From Balanoglossus misakiensis (taxonomy: Eukaryota; Animalia; Hemichordata), in NCBI GenBank assembly GCA_040954595.2, contig CM082596.2, forward strand, positions 1,331,854 to 1,395,853: DNA of 64,000 bases, given 5' to 3'. Each line of letters opens with the position of its first letter. The first letter of the stretch is position 1. The position numbers were made by a program, and so were the translations under genes. Below, in pieces: positions 13,901 to 25,242 of the stretch. The notes beneath the pieces are model-generated. The model was given only the letters and a program-made list of their open reading frames with translations. It had not been told where the DNA came from and did no database searches.

Positions 13901-14933
13901 ATCTGCATCATCAGAGTCAAATGTACAATCAAACCTGTCTAGAGGTGGCCATTATATTGAGGTGGTCACTAACACAGGTTTGACTGTACATCTGTTGTAG
14001 TTGACATAAGGAGCATCACACACTCACACACACATGAAACAAACTTATCCTAATCCATAGGATAGTGGGTAAACTACCACACACACATCCAACCCATCTA
14101 ACACTTACATGACACCATCTTTGAAGTAAGACATGAACATTTGGGATTCATGACCCTCAACTTCTCTGTACTGGACAGGTCCACCTCCGAGGGCGTCATC
14201 CAACTCCACTGTCTTGATGGCAGCCACTCCTGCTTCATCCTGAAAAAGTAAAATTAACAAATATGACGTATTTTTCTGAAAATCTTTCCTAGAGGCATGT
14301 ACAGTTGAACCTGTCTATAGTGGCCAGTCAAGGGTCTTTCCTGAATTGGCCTTTATAGACAGGTGGACTTTTAGATCTCAAGAGGTAAATTTACTTCTTA
14401 TTTACCTGAGATGTGTCCTTGCCAAGCCAGAAATGGATATCCCAGGTCAGAGCTGAGCTTCCCCTTTCCTTCTTTGTCTGCAAGGAGAAAAGATGGAAAA
14501 ATGTGTGATGCAACATGGTATTTACCGTTTATTCATTTTGGCGAGATTTTTACTCTCATATCCTGCAAACAGGATGGAAGTGTGTGGTCGAACGTTGATT
14601 CACTATATATCCACATGTAGAATAACATAAACGGTGTCTTGTAATTTTGTATTAAACATAATTAATGGAAAAAGGGCAACGAGAGAGAGACTGTGTCCCC
14701 TTAACTACTTGTACCAGCAACAATGTACAAGAATGTGAAGGAATCACGCAATCAGGAAAATAGTCATTATAACATCAACAACTTACGCTCAAAAGAATGT
14801 ATGAATCTCCCTCAAAGAAATAACCGTAATCCTTCTCTGGCCATGGAACTACTTTCAGTTTCTCAATTCTCCAGATCTTCAGTCCAACTTTCTGACCAAC
14901 TCCCTTGAAAGCGGGATCAATAACTCCAGTCAT
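1908..14933 (-). CDS. AVIL: Villin/advillin-like gelsolin-family actin-binding protein, 5' part (G1-G4, about 499 aa); 3' part lies left of the window
   Basis: Exons 14787-14933, 14406-14477, 14109-14239, 13637-13853, 13297-13496, 12998-13076, 12743-12841, 8776-8929, 5566-5666, 5100-5237, 4840-4926 and 2072-2143 (or 1908-1979) join in frame with GT-AG boundaries. Motifs: [53 protein letters not shown]. The G3-G4 linker looks more like villin/advillin than gelsolin; the headpiece is not visible, so the symbol is a best match. Confidence 0.93.
2072..2143 (-). CDS. Villin-like G4 exon, variant A: [24 protein letters not shown]
   Basis: 72 nt, tag/gtaagg, phase 0-0. Confidence 0.88.
4797..4830. 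repeat. (GTTT)n microsatellite
   Basis: Visible, just downstream of a villin donor. Confidence 0.9.
4840..4926 (-). CDS. Villin-like exon [29 protein letters not shown] (G4)
   Basis: 87 nt, cag/gtaaac. Confidence 0.93.
5100..5237 (-). CDS. Villin-like exon [46 protein letters not shown] (G4)
   Basis: 138 nt, cag/gtaatg. Confidence 0.93.
5566..5666 (-). CDS. Villin-like exon [34 protein letters not shown]
   Basis: 101 nt, cag/gtatg. Confidence 0.92.
7239..7244 (-). CDS. Candidate 6-nt microexon CCGATT in the villin G3-G4 linker
   Basis: taccag|CCGATT|gtaagt; about 85-nt AG-free pyrimidine-rich tract with repeated TGC upstream; frame-preserving. Confidence 0.5.
8641..8747. mobile_element. 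pogo-like MITE right-end fragment
   Basis: TATAGAGGTGGCCACTAACACAGGTTTGACTGTA end, near-identical to 13951-13988 and similar to 5008-5043. Confidence 0.6.
8776..8929 (-). CDS. Villin-like exon [51 protein letters not shown] (G3 end and linker)
   Basis: 154 nt, tag/gtaagt, ends in phase 1. Confidence 0.92.
12743..12841 (-). CDS. Villin-like exon [33 protein letters not shown] (G3)
   Basis: 99 nt, cag/gtaac. Confidence 0.92.
12998..13076 (-). CDS. Villin-like exon [26 protein letters not shown] (G3)
   Basis: 79 nt, cag/gtaagt. Confidence 0.92.
13297..13496 (-). CDS. Villin-like exon [18 protein letters not shown]...QTKMY (G2 end and linker)
   Basis: 200 nt, tag/gtgagt. Confidence 0.92.
13637..13853 (-). 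CDS. Villin-like exon [13 protein letters not shown]...[13 protein letters not shown]...EKLK (G2)
   Basis: 217 nt, tag/gtaagt, matches the ORF track. Confidence 0.93.
13924..13988. mobile_element. Tc1/mariner (pogo-like) MITE remnant with both ends, TA-flanked
   Basis: TA-CAATCAAACCTGT...ACAGGTTTGACTG-TA; related fragments at about 4999-5043, 8641-8747 and 14300-14375. Confidence 0.65.
14109..14239 (-). CDS. Villin-like exon [43 protein letters not shown] (G1)
   Basis: 131 nt, cag/gtaagt, G1 actin-binding helix. Confidence 0.93.
14300..14375. mobile_element. pogo-like MITE left-end fragment
   Basis: TACAGTTGAACCTGTCTATAGTGGCCA...TATAGACAGGT. Confidence 0.55.
14406..14477 (-). CDS. Villin-like exon [24 protein letters not shown] (G1)
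   Basis: 72 nt, cag/gtaaa, IHFWLG motif. Confidence 0.92.
14787..14933 (-). CDS. Villin-like first coding exon [49 protein letters not shown]
   Basis: ATG in AACATG context, gtaagt donor, upstream cag acceptor at 14994-14996 (the exon also carries 5'UTR). Confidence 0.92.
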
Positions 14934-17900
14934 GTTTTGATCTCTTCAGTGGGTCTGTGTTTTTTCAAAAGATAAAATCCAAATCTAGCTTGGCTGTAAG
15001 AGAAAAGACAGGATCCAGTTAGACAGGTTTTAATTCACTACATATCTCCACAACAAAAATGATGACTGCGTTGAGGATTTTCAGTGAAATGACAAATGTA
15101 TATGCACCTGCAAAAGTTATTGCAGAGGTTGCTGGGGTGTGGGCATATACGCTCGACACTCTGAACCACGCCTGAATTTACACTCCGCCTGAATTCTTAC
15201 AAGGTGAGTGAACCAGATAACAGAGTAGATAGGGCTAAGTTGTTGAAAGATTACAAAACACTAAACTTCAGTTCTTGAGAAGTGAACTTTGACCTTCCAG
15301 TGGGGCACACCTGTAAGTCAAGTCATTCTAGTATTGCGATAAAAGTTCCACCCTTTTTTGGACAATCCACACAGTATCTTTGAAAAGAAGTGGTCCTTTT
15401 GCCCTCTCGTTTAAATGGCTGACCTGACAATACATAACTGCTGCCCTCTCAAACAAATCCGAAATGCTGTATTTTCAGCAGAAATATCAAAAATCCATTG
15501 AAAGAACACCATAAAAATTGATTACACCAATGACCTTTTTTGCCCACGCTAGCATTCACTCAATAAAAGAGGTCAGGGCACAGGAATTCCGAAAACAAGA
15601 ATGAATCAATGAGAAGTTTTTCTCATTGTGAGACTTTATTTATCATGCACAGAAGTTTTATGCCTTTTCCAAAGGACAGGTCATCCAATATGTTGTACGT
15701 ATGTACATACGTACATGAAACATAGTGATGTAGTCACTGTCACACCATGACCGTTCGATTATGAATGATTCACAACCAGTTGTAATCATCAACTCAGTCA
15801 GTCATTTTGCGTTGACACAATTAGATAAGAAATCTGCCTCTCAAGCATCAAGTAGATCAAGCAATCATTCATTCACCAAGGTGGATGTCTGATTGGTCAG
15901 TGCATAACAGGTCACCTGATCACTGTACTATCCTGGATGATGGATATGTACCTGCACGTAAGAACCTGGTATGAGTTGCTACAGTTTTGCATGATTAATT
16001 AAGGGAAATACACGCATATACAACTACACGTGTAGATGAGGATATACATGTACATGTTCCTGATGATGAAACCAACAAAGTCACGCTGCAAAATTCACAA
16101 GATAGTAATAAGCCCCCTCTGTACATCACCTACTCAGGTCAACCAGTCTCACAAACCACCATATCACATGATTTATTACAAATATGAAATGTTTGCAGTT
16201 TTTCTACGCAAAGGTGACACATAAATAATGCAGAGATATAACTCAGTCCTATGTACAACTCATTTGGATTGTAACAGGTGCCCTCTATGTCAACATAGCT
16301 TGCCACAGACTAATCTACCCTGTTAATATGGCACCACTAGTTACTGGACCATACATGTACACCCACCTACATCCAATTAATATCACGAAGATACATGTAC
16401 ATATACTTTCCAGTCACGACGCCACTCTGCAATAACGCCTACAGCATCCTGATTTATCAACTTCCTTCTTCATTGTCTACAAAAACATCAACCTACCAAC
16501 TTGCCATCAATAATTTACACCACTGCTACTTTTCAATGATTGATTGCTTAGAATGCTATTGTCCTCCATTAGTAAGTAAATCAGAATTTAACCATCTTGG
16601 GTACAGGTTTTCTGAATATTTTATGCTTGCTCGGTCATTTTGAAACTGGAAAAGGAAATGTTTAATTAATCTTTTTGGGTAAAATCAACATATATGAAAA
16701 GATCTGTGTTTGCTTAAATTAACTGTATTTCCTGCTCTCTTTTGGAATCTACATGTATTTGTTTGCTAATCTATGAAAGATCCAAAGGCTTATTTCCTAC
16801 CATCACTGGAAGGCATTACAAGACCTAATGTAAACACAATGTCTGTCAAAGATGTCAAAATATCTGCAGGAAAATATGTCTCCTGTGATACATATTAAAT
16901 GTACAATATCAATATTAGTCTGTGCCAATTGTAATAGGGTTAAACACTGCAGCCAGGCTACAGCTCAACTAAAACACTGGCATGCTGTATGTATCTTTCC
17001 AGTGAAGTCATTGGTAACGAAAACATTTACTGGTACAGTGTAGAATTCTGGGGATGTTATTGAAACATGTACAAGCAACTTTTTCCATTATACTTACAGA
17101 TTAAGACAACTGTATACACAACAGTACACCACAGATCTAACACACTAAAAGGAGAGTCCCACAACCCAGACTGATGCCTATCCTTTTATCAATCGCCTGA
17201 CTTGTCTAAGACTTGACAAGTCTTACCCAAGCTTGTCTGAGCCCTGCAGCCTCACCCAGAATGTCCAGGGTCTGTTTCACGGAACAGTAATTCGAGGTTT
17301 TCGCATGCCAGAAATATCATATCAGGGTACTGTCATCTGTGTCAACAACCATCATGAGATATAACTATAAGGACATGTATGTTCACATATTATGTAACAG
17401 GCACAGAACAGTCATCAAGGTTGCCATACCACAGATAAACGGATTGCATTTGTCAGTTATTAATAAACATGCACTCAAATAATATACTGTTAACACTGGT
17501 ATCCTATCCTGATCTATACTAGTATAAAATTAGAATGGTGGGCCATGTGACTGTGTGTAAAGGTCACTTTATAAGTTCATTGGTTGAGGAAGGGCAAAGT
17601 CACACCAAATGATTTCACCATGCAGCTACATTTTGCAACCAGACTGAAATGCACACTATCTGGCAATGTACATGTGCTGGTATTATCTTGTCCAACAAGT
17701 TTCAGCAAAGAATAATTCAATACAGTTGACTACATAGTCTGTTCCTGAACAGCTGAACAGAATCAGGAATCTAGTTTATCTCAACTATGGTCCTATTCAT
17801 CTTCTGATAGGTCATGACCTTAGTTATCTGCCATAACCAAACCAGTCCAGCTTGGATCTGATAATGTTCAGAGTCAGCATAAATAATCTGATGTGAATTC

Positions 17901-19307
17901 CACTTTGGTAATTACTAGGTGGGCAGTCTCAATAATTGCTAGTCTCAAATCATTCAATGAATTCAATTGGTTGGGTAATTTTGCTGGGTTTGGTATTTGG
18001 ATAATTTGTCAGATAATTGTAATGCACATCATTATGCAAAATTAATGTGTGACTTATTCTCTAGTGTCATTAAAAATCTCAGGAAGACCACCGCATTTGC
18101 AAATCACTTCTCTCAGTCACCTTCCTGTTTAAGTGAATCTTACGTAACGAAAGCCTTCCATTGAAATGAACACACAGCTTTATGAAATGTCCATGACTCA
18201 ATTAAATTTAATCAAATATAATAGCGATCTACTCAACAAAAAATCAATGGCACATAATCTTTTAAAAGATTAATTGTGATTCAATGTGATGATCTTTTGT
18301 GTATCTATTTTTTAAAATATACCTTCTAGATTTTTAAAACTGACATGATAAAACACTGAAGTACTTTACCATGCACAGTCTGATTGCAAATGTAATTGTG
18401 ACAAACCCATTCATCGATCATCCAGGCCTGGCATACAAAATTAGAATTTCACAGGGTAGGGAAGCTATTTCAGGCAATTAGAATCTTGTCCTTATTTGTG
18501 CATCTGCAACTGATATAAATACATATCATTCTACATTATCAGACTGAACAGAAATCCAAGTAGCGTGCCATAAGCCTTCTTAGCAGGCTGCTGACTCATG
18601 ACTATTCTATGTCCATTTCATTATTAAAAGGAACTTATACTTGGCTGAATTGAGAAATGTCCACAAGATCTCACACTGGCCCTAAAGTTTCCAGAAATCA
18701 CATTGATTGGTCGATTGGGAATTACAGTGAGGACTGGTGTGTGGTAGCGCATTTGTGGAATGTCAGAATCCTGTCGATGACAGCAGGGATGTTTAGAAGT
18801 TCACATACAATCGCAGTGTGCAGCAGTTGATGTGTAGCTGGTATTCACACAAAAATATCATGAGGAGAGATGCCACAAGTCATGCATCATAATTATACAA
18901 TCAGACTGTAGCTGGAATTCTTAAAATTTTCCATAATAATTCTCAATAGCAGAATATTTGTCAGAGGGCCACTGTTGTCCTGGCAACCTTACAAAACAAA
19001 AAATGTGTATTAGTTAAACCCTGGCTGTTAGGTTCACTTCCCATGATGCAATGGTGGCGTCAGTTGTTGAGCTCTCACTGTCGTTCATCTGACCTTTGAC
19101 GGCTGCAGCAGATCAGTGGTAATATTTTAAACAGTCTTCCTGAGGTTATATGTGGACATTGAGGATAGGGTTGCCAGAAAGTGATGCTATACTGTAATAC
19201 ACCATATGTTATGGGGTATGAGTCATTTGTGTTTGAAACTAGGACTGTGAAACTATGCAAATGAGAAAAGGCAAAGCGACTCAGTTGATATACTTTCTCT
19301 TACTCCA

Positions 19308-19323
19308 TGACCTCTTTTGACCT
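19308..19323 (-). promoter_or_regulatory. Perfect DR4 nuclear-receptor element (plus strand TGACCT-cttt-TGACCT)
   Basis: Exact consensus half-sites with a 4-nt spacer; function not shown. Confidence 0.4.
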
Positions 19324-21692
19324 TCAGAACAAGGCGGCAGATGCAATCAAGCAGATGATCAAATTAAAATTTCTGTCTCTTCAAGGTCTCAATAATTCCA
19401 TGACTATAATGAGACTACTGAGAATAGATGTTGTTTTACACATTGATTTCTATAATGCTCCATCACTTTTGGTATCAATTTCTCTACTTTTCAAGTATTT
19501 TCAAGTATTTTGTCCGGGCACCACTAATAATACACACCATGTCTAGATGTCTTCCTACATTCTCCCTAAGCAAGGCAATTGCAGTGAAAGAGTTCATAAC
19601 CAGACTGAGGGTTGTACTTTCACTGACCTCCTGAAACTCTAAACTGAAAACATCTGTAATCTACTTATCCTTGCCTGTATGTCTAGGTTTACAATAATCC
19701 TGTTGTGTTGTGGAGAGACGGCAAGCACTGAAGGCTATAAACAGGAATACAATCCATCGATTCTTAATCTTACAACACCCGCTTAGACAATCACAACACA
19801 ATACCGATAAGATGAACTATTATAATAACAATTTTTATATATGACTACTGTAAATGCTGTTTTTACAACCTTACGTAAACACACATGATAAGATTGCAAT
19901 GTAATATTTCAAATATCTGGCTACTGATATGTTGCTTTCTATAATAATCTCATAAAAACCTAGTTTTTTTACAATCATAAATATGTATCAATAAAGCCAA
20001 TGTGACAATGTGAAACTGTTATTACATTGGCTGCACTAGACCATATCAGTTTACCAAAGGTAGGACACCTCATTTGAGATTCATTATCACGACTTTGTGG
20101 GTGTATCACAGACCAAGTCAAGAGGTCAAATCATGTCATGTTCCGTATCTCTCATGACTCATTCATTTTGTCTTGTGACCAACTTTTCGTGAGTTTTTAA
20201 CTTTAAGACAGTCTTTGCTTACAAGGATCTTTTGTATATTTCACAGGGAAAAGTTCATACCACTGTAATCTACAAGAGTTACAAGAGGACTCTAACCTCG
20301 AAACGTTTAATTCACTATGCTCATAACACACCCATATAAGGGCTCAAACTAGGGTGTAATGGGTCAACGAAAATAGCTGTTCGAGGAAACGCGTAACCAA
20401 CATGCATGACAGAGCATGGGGTTTTATCACCTCGATACAGACCCACATAAGGTGACACTTGGTTGAAGTTACTCATGAGGTATTTTCATTGCCTGAACAT
20501 ACTGAATGTGTTTAACTAAATGCGGCATGACATGGACACGAAGACTGGAAATGTTAAGTTGCTAAGCAACCATCATTATACAGAAGTTTCCAAAACACTG
20601 AAACTTTTCAAAACAGGATTTGCTCTGTTTGGTCTGATGACTGGTCTACAAATCTTTTTAACCTTTCTGGTTTCTTGATGAATCAAATCTGGCAGCCTGG
20701 GTTTTCTAATGAATTACAAGCATACCGAAAGTAAATATTAGGAATTTGGCTTTTTTGTGGGATTTTAGAACAATGTGATGCGCACATCACCAGTGGAACA
20801 TCTGCAGGCAACCGTAACACTTCCTCATTCTGAAGACTACTTGACCCAAACCACTTGAAGAACATCTCGGGGTCAGTCGTTGCTTAGATACACACATAAT
20901 GCAAACACTGACGCTGACCTATGCATGTGCTCATCTATGTGAAAATGTTTCTACCGATATTACGCGACTTGGTACACGTCTTTTTGTTGTACAACACTGG
21001 AGCAGTGTGTCACTGTGCGTGTGTGACAGTTTATGCCAGAGATGAGTCAAATACGCCTGTGGTTACCACAGAAACGAAACAGTTCAAAGTTCGACAGCAA
21101 AATCAGATATTTGATGCAATCTGCCTTCAAGAATAATTCTTGAAGGTACCTGTACATCTTATTGTGCTCAAAATATAGTGTGTTCCACACCTATGTACGC
21201 ATGCACAAATTTGTGTGGTATGCTTGATTTGGGTGTGGACAAAATTACAACTGGTAAAGGTGATCTTATCTTAGTTAGGTACAAAGTCACAATGTATCCT
21301 TGTTCAGGTACAAAAGTCGTACTAGTATCTGGGTATTGGGGATGTTGAGTTAATCATTATTTAAACCACTTGCCAATAAACTAATCATAATCAAGTCGCT
21401 TTACAACTCACAAAATAGTCACCACAACTTTCAAGTATCTCATCTAGGATTTATTTTTATTTTCACAATTCCATGTGATTCATAATCTAGATGAGATTAC
21501 ATAGTTATCTACTAAATGTCATCACTTAAACTATAGAATGACATATCAAACTTAAATTATTTTTAAAACTGCCCATGTCATTCATGAAAATGCTACTGTA
21601 CACCAGAATGCAGAACATTTCATATGATCCTTTATTAAATTTTGAACCAACTAGTTCCTCATCTTATTATCAATCTGTCCATCTGCAAAAAA

Positions 21693-21708
21693 AGGTCAAC
21701 TTAGGTCA
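21693..21708 (+). promoter_or_regulatory. Perfect DR4 nuclear-receptor element (AGGTCA-actt-AGGTCA)
   Basis: Exact consensus half-sites with a 4-nt spacer; function not shown. Confidence 0.4.
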
Positions 21709-24550
21709 ATTATTGGTATACATATCTATCACAAACTGCAGTACCTGCCATAATACAGACTACTACTGTTTGTGCCAATTTGGCCTTTCCTTTATTAATT
21801 TTACAAATCCAACTGTCACATTAGAGTCAGTAACAGAACAATTATTGTATTCCTCCTGTTTTAATAAACTACCAGCTGTCATGGAGCTTGACATATTAAC
21901 TAACATTCACTGACACTAATGACAGCCCACAAAACACACTGCAATATTACCATTGTTTGAATCTCCTTGCATAAAATGCATGGTAATTCGCGTGAACATC
22001 AATACTTCAGTAGTACGGAGACTGTGAGTGTTGCGTATATTTGGTATCTAGTGACACTTCAGAAGGAAGTATCTAGAAATGAACTGATGTAAGATTTACA
22101 AGCTTCCTCAGGAGATATATGAGCTATCTCTGAAATTATTCAAATAGAGTCGAAACCAACCAACGCCTCTTAGAGGTCAGGATGATCACTAGTAATATCT
22201 CTGTAGTATTACCAGCTAGTTACACATTGACAGTGCAGGTGTCTTTATCTGTTCGTCACAGATAATCCACCTGCACATCTCTTCTATACACATACACCAG
22301 GAAGTACTTGCAATATTACATCCACTGTTCACAAAAAGGCGCTGTCATTTTGGAACAAACTCAACATCCATTGTGGCTTCTAAGCAAATGTCAGTCATCC
22401 TGTTTCAAAAAATATATTTATTTTTCTAACTCTTTATACATCACACTTCAGTTCAAACCCATCATATTCAATTTCATGGTACAGAAATGGGCGAGGTTAA
22501 TAAAAGTGTCACCTTTTAAATGTATATCACTGAACAGTTTCCCATTCTTATTATACATAATCATGAGTACATAGAAAATCGATTTTGACAGCTTTTTATT
22601 AATGAGATAAAACCATGAGGGTCCAAATAGAATACATCTGTATTGCTGGCAAACATGTTTATGGGACTATTATGACAATTATGACTATAACTTCTGACAA
22701 GGGAGACAAGGTAGATTTTACAAGTGTCCAATTTAGCATTGTGGAACCAGATACTTATATCATATAAGTATTATAAAAAAATAACAGGGTGTGCCACTCT
22801 ATGTTAGGATTTAGAGCAACGAATGCAGTTTAATGCCGAGTGGTTATAAAACAGTATGTATTGTAACATGCGCATTTCACTTGTCTATTTCGCACTAAGA
22901 CAGAGTTCTATTGTCCGTTTTCCATTACAAAAGAACCAGAATGACAATGTGACAACCCTGAACTAAAGAATAATGAGAATAATATTACTGTTTTACTAAC
23001 TTTATAATACATCCGTGCTAGCACCAACATCCTTAATAAAGGCAATATGATACCTTCAGTGTTTACATTTTGCAGAAATAATTTTGATGACTAATAACTT
23101 ACAGTATGCATGTGGATTATCTGATATGTAAACAAACTCCTATATGGGGGTGGCAGGAGTAGGTGGTTACTTGGGCATGGAAGTCTTTTTTTTTCAACTT
23201 TCACCACATTTAAGTTCAGGTCATGTGAGGTAGAAAAAGAGCTTCTAAATGGGTCAATGGTCATTGAACTGACTCTTTTATGGATGGTGATTTGGTTCAG
23301 TGGTTTATAATTGTGCACTATTTGTCTTGTCTAAGCAATTTTGCTGAAGGCCCTGGTTCAAGTCCACATACACACAATACATAAAGTATTACATGTATGT
23401 CAGTAATCTTGTGAGGGTGGGGCAATGTCATAACAAATAAATGAACAATGTTGAATTTCACAATTTGTGTTATGTGGTGAAATATAGCCTGTCTATATTT
23501 CATTTGTGAGCTGCTCTTGTGAGCTGCGTTGGGGGGCAATGACCCGTCACAGATGTGGAATGAGGTCCCTAGGAATTGGTCGTGAGGCCTTGCATCCGGA
23601 CTGTTCGGAGAAATATGAGATGTCAGAATACGGGGAAACACGTTCAAGAAGTCCATACATGGCAAATAGGGGTTAGACACAGAGACGCAGGTCGACAACC
23701 AACAGTCAACACTGGTTCTACTGTCTCACATTTTGCACTGGGGCTATGTTGCAAACACTATGTTTTAATATCTACATATTAGTTAGCAAAAACGCCCACT
23801 CTGTGCAAAGAAATGTGTCAGACAGCCCGAGCACTTGCTAATACAGTGGACCTCACAGCCTTGCATATTTGGAATGCCTAGGCTGCTTTTGCGACCGTCA
23901 CTTGTCCAGGCCACTTCTTGTATTTCAAGAAGTTGAACTTTGCCATGATATTCCAGTTCAGAGCACAGTCATTATGTCTGGGTGAAACGTTTTGGTAAAA
24001 TTGTATACCCATAGTGTTGAACAGGATATATGCGATCACTGCAAATTGTGTACAGAGTTCACAAGTGATCATTCGCGAAACTTGCTCAGAGCTTTGCCCA
24101 TTTTAGGTAATGGACACCCCGATGAAATGGGTCATTTCAATGTTGGTTGGCCGTAGGTAGATCCACAGGACCAAGTTACGTGGCCAATCAGACTAAACGA
24201 CCAAAAGTTGCAGACGACGGCACAAAAGTGTAAACAATCACATCAATTGACACTTCTGTCCCCTTTCTAACGACTGGCAAAGGCAAAATCTACATAACAT
24301 GCGTTATTTTTGACCAACCACGAACAGGAAGTACAATATCGAACCACCTGTAAGTAAATGAAATGATGTCCACAAACAGACCATCAGAGGTCGATGTGTC
24401 CCGAGTCGGTGTACTATTCAATTAACGCAATCTATATGCGCCTAACAGTGGCATTAACACTCGCGACAACTTCATTTTCACTGAATTCGATAATGACAGA
24501 TAGACAATAGAAACAAAAATCTTGAATAAAATTAACACATTTGGAAATAC

Positions 24551-24760
24551 CTTAAGTTTTCTTCAGCGGCACGTACAGCAGGGGTCACCTCTGAATGGCT
24601 GACTGAGATCGGAACACACACCCTTCGAACCTGTAGTCCTATCACTCACATCTGTATCCATCCGCACATTTTTTTCTTCGCTTTTCAACCAACTGCTTGA
24701 TCGCACACGCCGAAGGGCCCTTCCAAATGGGTTTTAACAACTTTCTATTTATATATATCA
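24551..24760 (-). promoter_or_regulatory. Putative villin promoter and non-coding first exon
   Basis: Minus-strand TATATATAAATAG at about 24745-24757, a CpG-richer stretch below it and an AAG|gtattt donor at 24551/24550; the ATG exon has its own acceptor, so an upstream exon is expected. Confidence 0.45.
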
Positions 24761-25206
24761 TAAAAAACTACAACCTATTCCATTTTGCGAGAAAAAATGT
24801 TGACCAATTAAGTGGTCGGATGTATCGGTTGTGTCCTGTGCAGTAATGCGGTCCTGCAACCAGCAGCCACGCCCAGCAGTTTACACACCTTACACTGCAC
24901 TGCTTGGTATTTTCATTCACACCCACACAAACGCTTCAATATTTCATTTTTAGAGATTCATCAACTTGAAGGTGGGGCATTGGGGTCAATTCTCATCGAT
25001 GGTAACTCTGAAATGGGGAAAAAAGTCCAGCTCGATGGTGTATTGTAACTTTTAACACCGTCTTGCACGAATCAACTTTTGAAAATAAGTCTCATTGCCC
25101 TGGCAACTACAGGAATGTCTAAAAGTCATGGTGTCAACTAATTCATGAAGTTATATTATAAACTGAACAGAAATTTAGGTGTGGTAATAACGCTACGCCC
25201 GCGCAC

Positions 25207-25242
25207 AGAGAGAGTTAGAGAGAGAAAGAAAGAGAGAGAGAG
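25207..25242. repeat. (GA)n-rich microsatellite
   Basis: Visible. Confidence 0.8.
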
